A stretch of 9,018 bases of DNA from Octopus sinensis. Its lineage: Eukaryota. Where the stretch lies: contig NW_021828119.1 in assembly GCF_006345805.1 (NCBI RefSeq), positions 1-9,018 of the forward strand. Direction: 5' to 3'. Under the pieces are notes generated by a model that was given only the letters and a program-made list of their open reading frames with translations, had not been told where the DNA came from and searched no databases. This document shows positions 6,536 through 9,018 of the stretch, piece after piece. The position numbers were made by a program, and so were the translations under genes. Position 1 is the stretch's first letter, and every line of letters begins with the position of its first letter.

Positions 6536-7161
6536 ATACATAAATATAAGAGAGTTACCGTTAAGTGGTTAACTTTAGTGCTAAAAATAGCTCCTTATTC
6601 TAAGCCACCTAGTGTTAAACTGATGGTATTATTAAATTAATATCTAATTTTTCACCCTCATTTATGAATTTATAAATTTAATGATACTGCAGTAAATATT
6701 ATATGCAGTATTCGTTTCCACTAAGCCTTACCATGCTTTTGGCGGGGAACCTAAATCACAACCATGTATGCAATCGATTGGACCGCATGGGTATTTGACG
6801 CTCGTGAGGGTCTAATAAATTGTATCGAAGACAAATGCTGATGATGATTTATAGATAAATATGTGAGTATAATTGCATATTATATTGATAAAGAAACAAT
6901 TGTTCAGCATTAATCTATCTTTTCGTTGTATTTCACTTTCCTTACGATGAAGGTAATGTTATTTCTTTGTGGAAACAACTTCGGTGGCTATACCAGAATA
7001 AGGAGCTATTTTTAGCACTAGAGTTAACCACTTAACGGTAACTCTCTTATATTTATGTATAAATTTGTATTGTCTCCCTGGTTTTTATGTTCTAAGCCAC
7101 TTGGTGTTAAACTGATGGTATTATTAAATTAATATCTAATTTTTCACCCTCATTTATGAAT
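6536..7161. repeat. Mixed inverted and direct duplication (fold-back 3)
   Basis: Block P 6536-6601 matches the reverse complement of 6995-7060 at 65/66. Block Q 6598-6669 is directly repeated at 7090-7161 at 70/72. (TA)n lies on both outer sides. Confidence 0.95.
6826..6925 (+). ncRNA. Type I hammerhead-ribozyme-like motif C (C3 substituted)
   Basis: Helix I AATGCTG(6834-40)/CAGCATT(6905-11), 7 perfect bp, plus distal CGAAGA/TTTTCG. Core ATGATGA (6841-47). Helix II TTTAT/ATAAA plus a 9-bp AATATGTGA/TTGCATATT hairpin. GAAA at 6893-96. Helix III is the 8-nt palindrome ACAATTGT (6896-6903). GUU triplet, with predicted cleavage after 6904. Confidence 0.72.
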
Positions 7162-7204
7162 GTGTATATATATATATATATTCTATTATATTATATTATA
7201 TTAT

Positions 7205-7644
7205 AATAATAATATACATACGTATATAATTATATTAAGGGTGTAAGGACGAAAAGTACCTATCTTCAGCACGAGACCTTCAAAATGCTACCAAAAACTC
7301 CTGATAAATATACCCATGTCTGAAAGCGGGCTAGTGAAAGAATATTAAAAAAGACCTCACGTTAATTATGAATTGGTTCCAATATCTGGATTAAAACCAT
7401 AAACAAGCTTTTTCCTTCGTCAACACAAAACACGGGAAATATAACTACAAATAATTGTACATACCGCCCAAAGCAAGTTCACACGTCTACATACAAATAT
7501 TTGCACTTATAGAGCCAAGATAAGTCAATTTTAAATCCCCTCACGACAGCCACGAGTATATTATAAGATTAGCCATGTCTCGGCACATCAAGATTTTCGC
7601 CCTTGCTCCCTTAATATAATTATATACATATGTATATTATTATT
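7205..7644. mobile_element. 440-bp element bounded by 51-bp imperfect inverted repeats (fold-back 4)
   Basis: 7205-7255 matches the reverse complement of 7594-7644 at 47/51. The arms are AT-rich, include AAGGG..AAGG.CGAAAA, and the element sits in TA-rich sequence. No ORF was recognised inside. Confidence 0.65.
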
Positions 7645-7815
7645 AATTTAATGCATAAATTGCCTAGAATGCTCACTACCTGATAAAAAACATTAACGTG
7701 ATTTTTATCCTATTATATATATATTACTAACTTGCCAATTTATTTCACGAGATTGAAGCTGACGGCTGTAACAGCACTTTGTATGTATAATGTATATATT
7801 CAGTTAGACATATAA

Positions 7816-8213
<398 letters not shown>

Positions 8214-9018
8214 CAGAGACTTGTTGAATAAAGTGAGTTTCTTTGGATTCTTAAGTCTCTAATGCTGCTTACAAACACTTGAACATTGCACGACCTCAAT
8301 CTAATGACAGAATTTACAAGAAGTGGGGTCCAAATTGCCCTCAAATTTCGCGCAGTCTTCTTAGAAAAGAGAGACACCTTGGATTAAGTGTTATATATAT
8401 ATGCGGTCATTGCGTCTCTGTATACATTTGTGACTGTCAAGGCTGGAATGCTTATAATCATAAGGTCTACTGATCTACGCTGACCTGAAGCTATGTAACA
8501 ACAATACTCTCAGAATTGCCCAACCTCAGTCCATTTGCGTACAAAATCGGTCATCTGGAGCCTATGTAAGAAATCGATATATTCTTTCGTGAATTATTCG
8601 ATTCGCTCTCAACTACAGTGTCTTAGGTATCCTCTATTAGACACTGAGGAATCAATATCGAAGATTACGTTTTGTGAGAATCAAAAATGTAGAAATATTC
8701 AGAATAAAATGAAACACTATACAAGTAATTCATCTCACTCGAAATTAAACTCTTAAATAAATGCGAGAAAGATGTTTATCGAGGAGATTAAGTAATATAA
8801 CCGATATAGGATACTGACATACATGCAGAATCATTAATTCTAGCAACCATTTATTTTTATGCTATTTTCAATTCCAACCGATATGTCAGGCGCCTCTTCT
8901 TCTTCACGGCATAAAATTCATTGCATTTTTTTTTTTTTTCACTCTTGTGTGATTAAATACTGACACAAAACTCCACCAGTTTCTTTCGTATTTTATTAAT
9001 TTACTAATATATTCACCC

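Noticed and set aside
6941-6990. CTTACGATGA...GAAAC...GTG just downstream of hammerhead C
   Set aside because: The core is mismatched, the triplet ends in G (not cleavable) and there is no helix I.

Overview
AT-rich, microsatellite-dense eukaryotic DNA with no intact protein-coding gene. The repeat families resemble those of octopus or another coleoid cephalopod (recognition only, not verified). The window is a mosaic of mobile elements. (1) 1-1072 is an (AAT)n zone holding an unidentified ~380-bp insert, the 3' end of an R4/Dong-clade non-LTR retrotransposon and a SINE fragment. (2) 1158-1660 is a 64-bp minisatellite. (3) 1752-3852 is a decayed Tc1/mariner transposon, probably DD41D-type, whose transposase is interrupted by a complete 394-bp non-autonomous Helitron and a tRNA-derived SINE. 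(4) 3950-7650 is a (TA)n zone with four fold-back (inverted-repeat) elements. Three separate type I hammerhead-ribozyme-like motifs of unrelated sequence lie in or beside them (4376-4413, 4907-4982, 6826-6925), all on the + strand and all with palindromic helix III. This suggests a cluster of (TA)n-associated Penelope-like or retrozyme-like elements and is the most interesting signal. (5) A decayed tRNA-like unit inside a 14-bp inverted repeat and a (GATA)n array complete the window. All ORF-track entries other than the transposase pieces look like microsatellite or chance artefacts.
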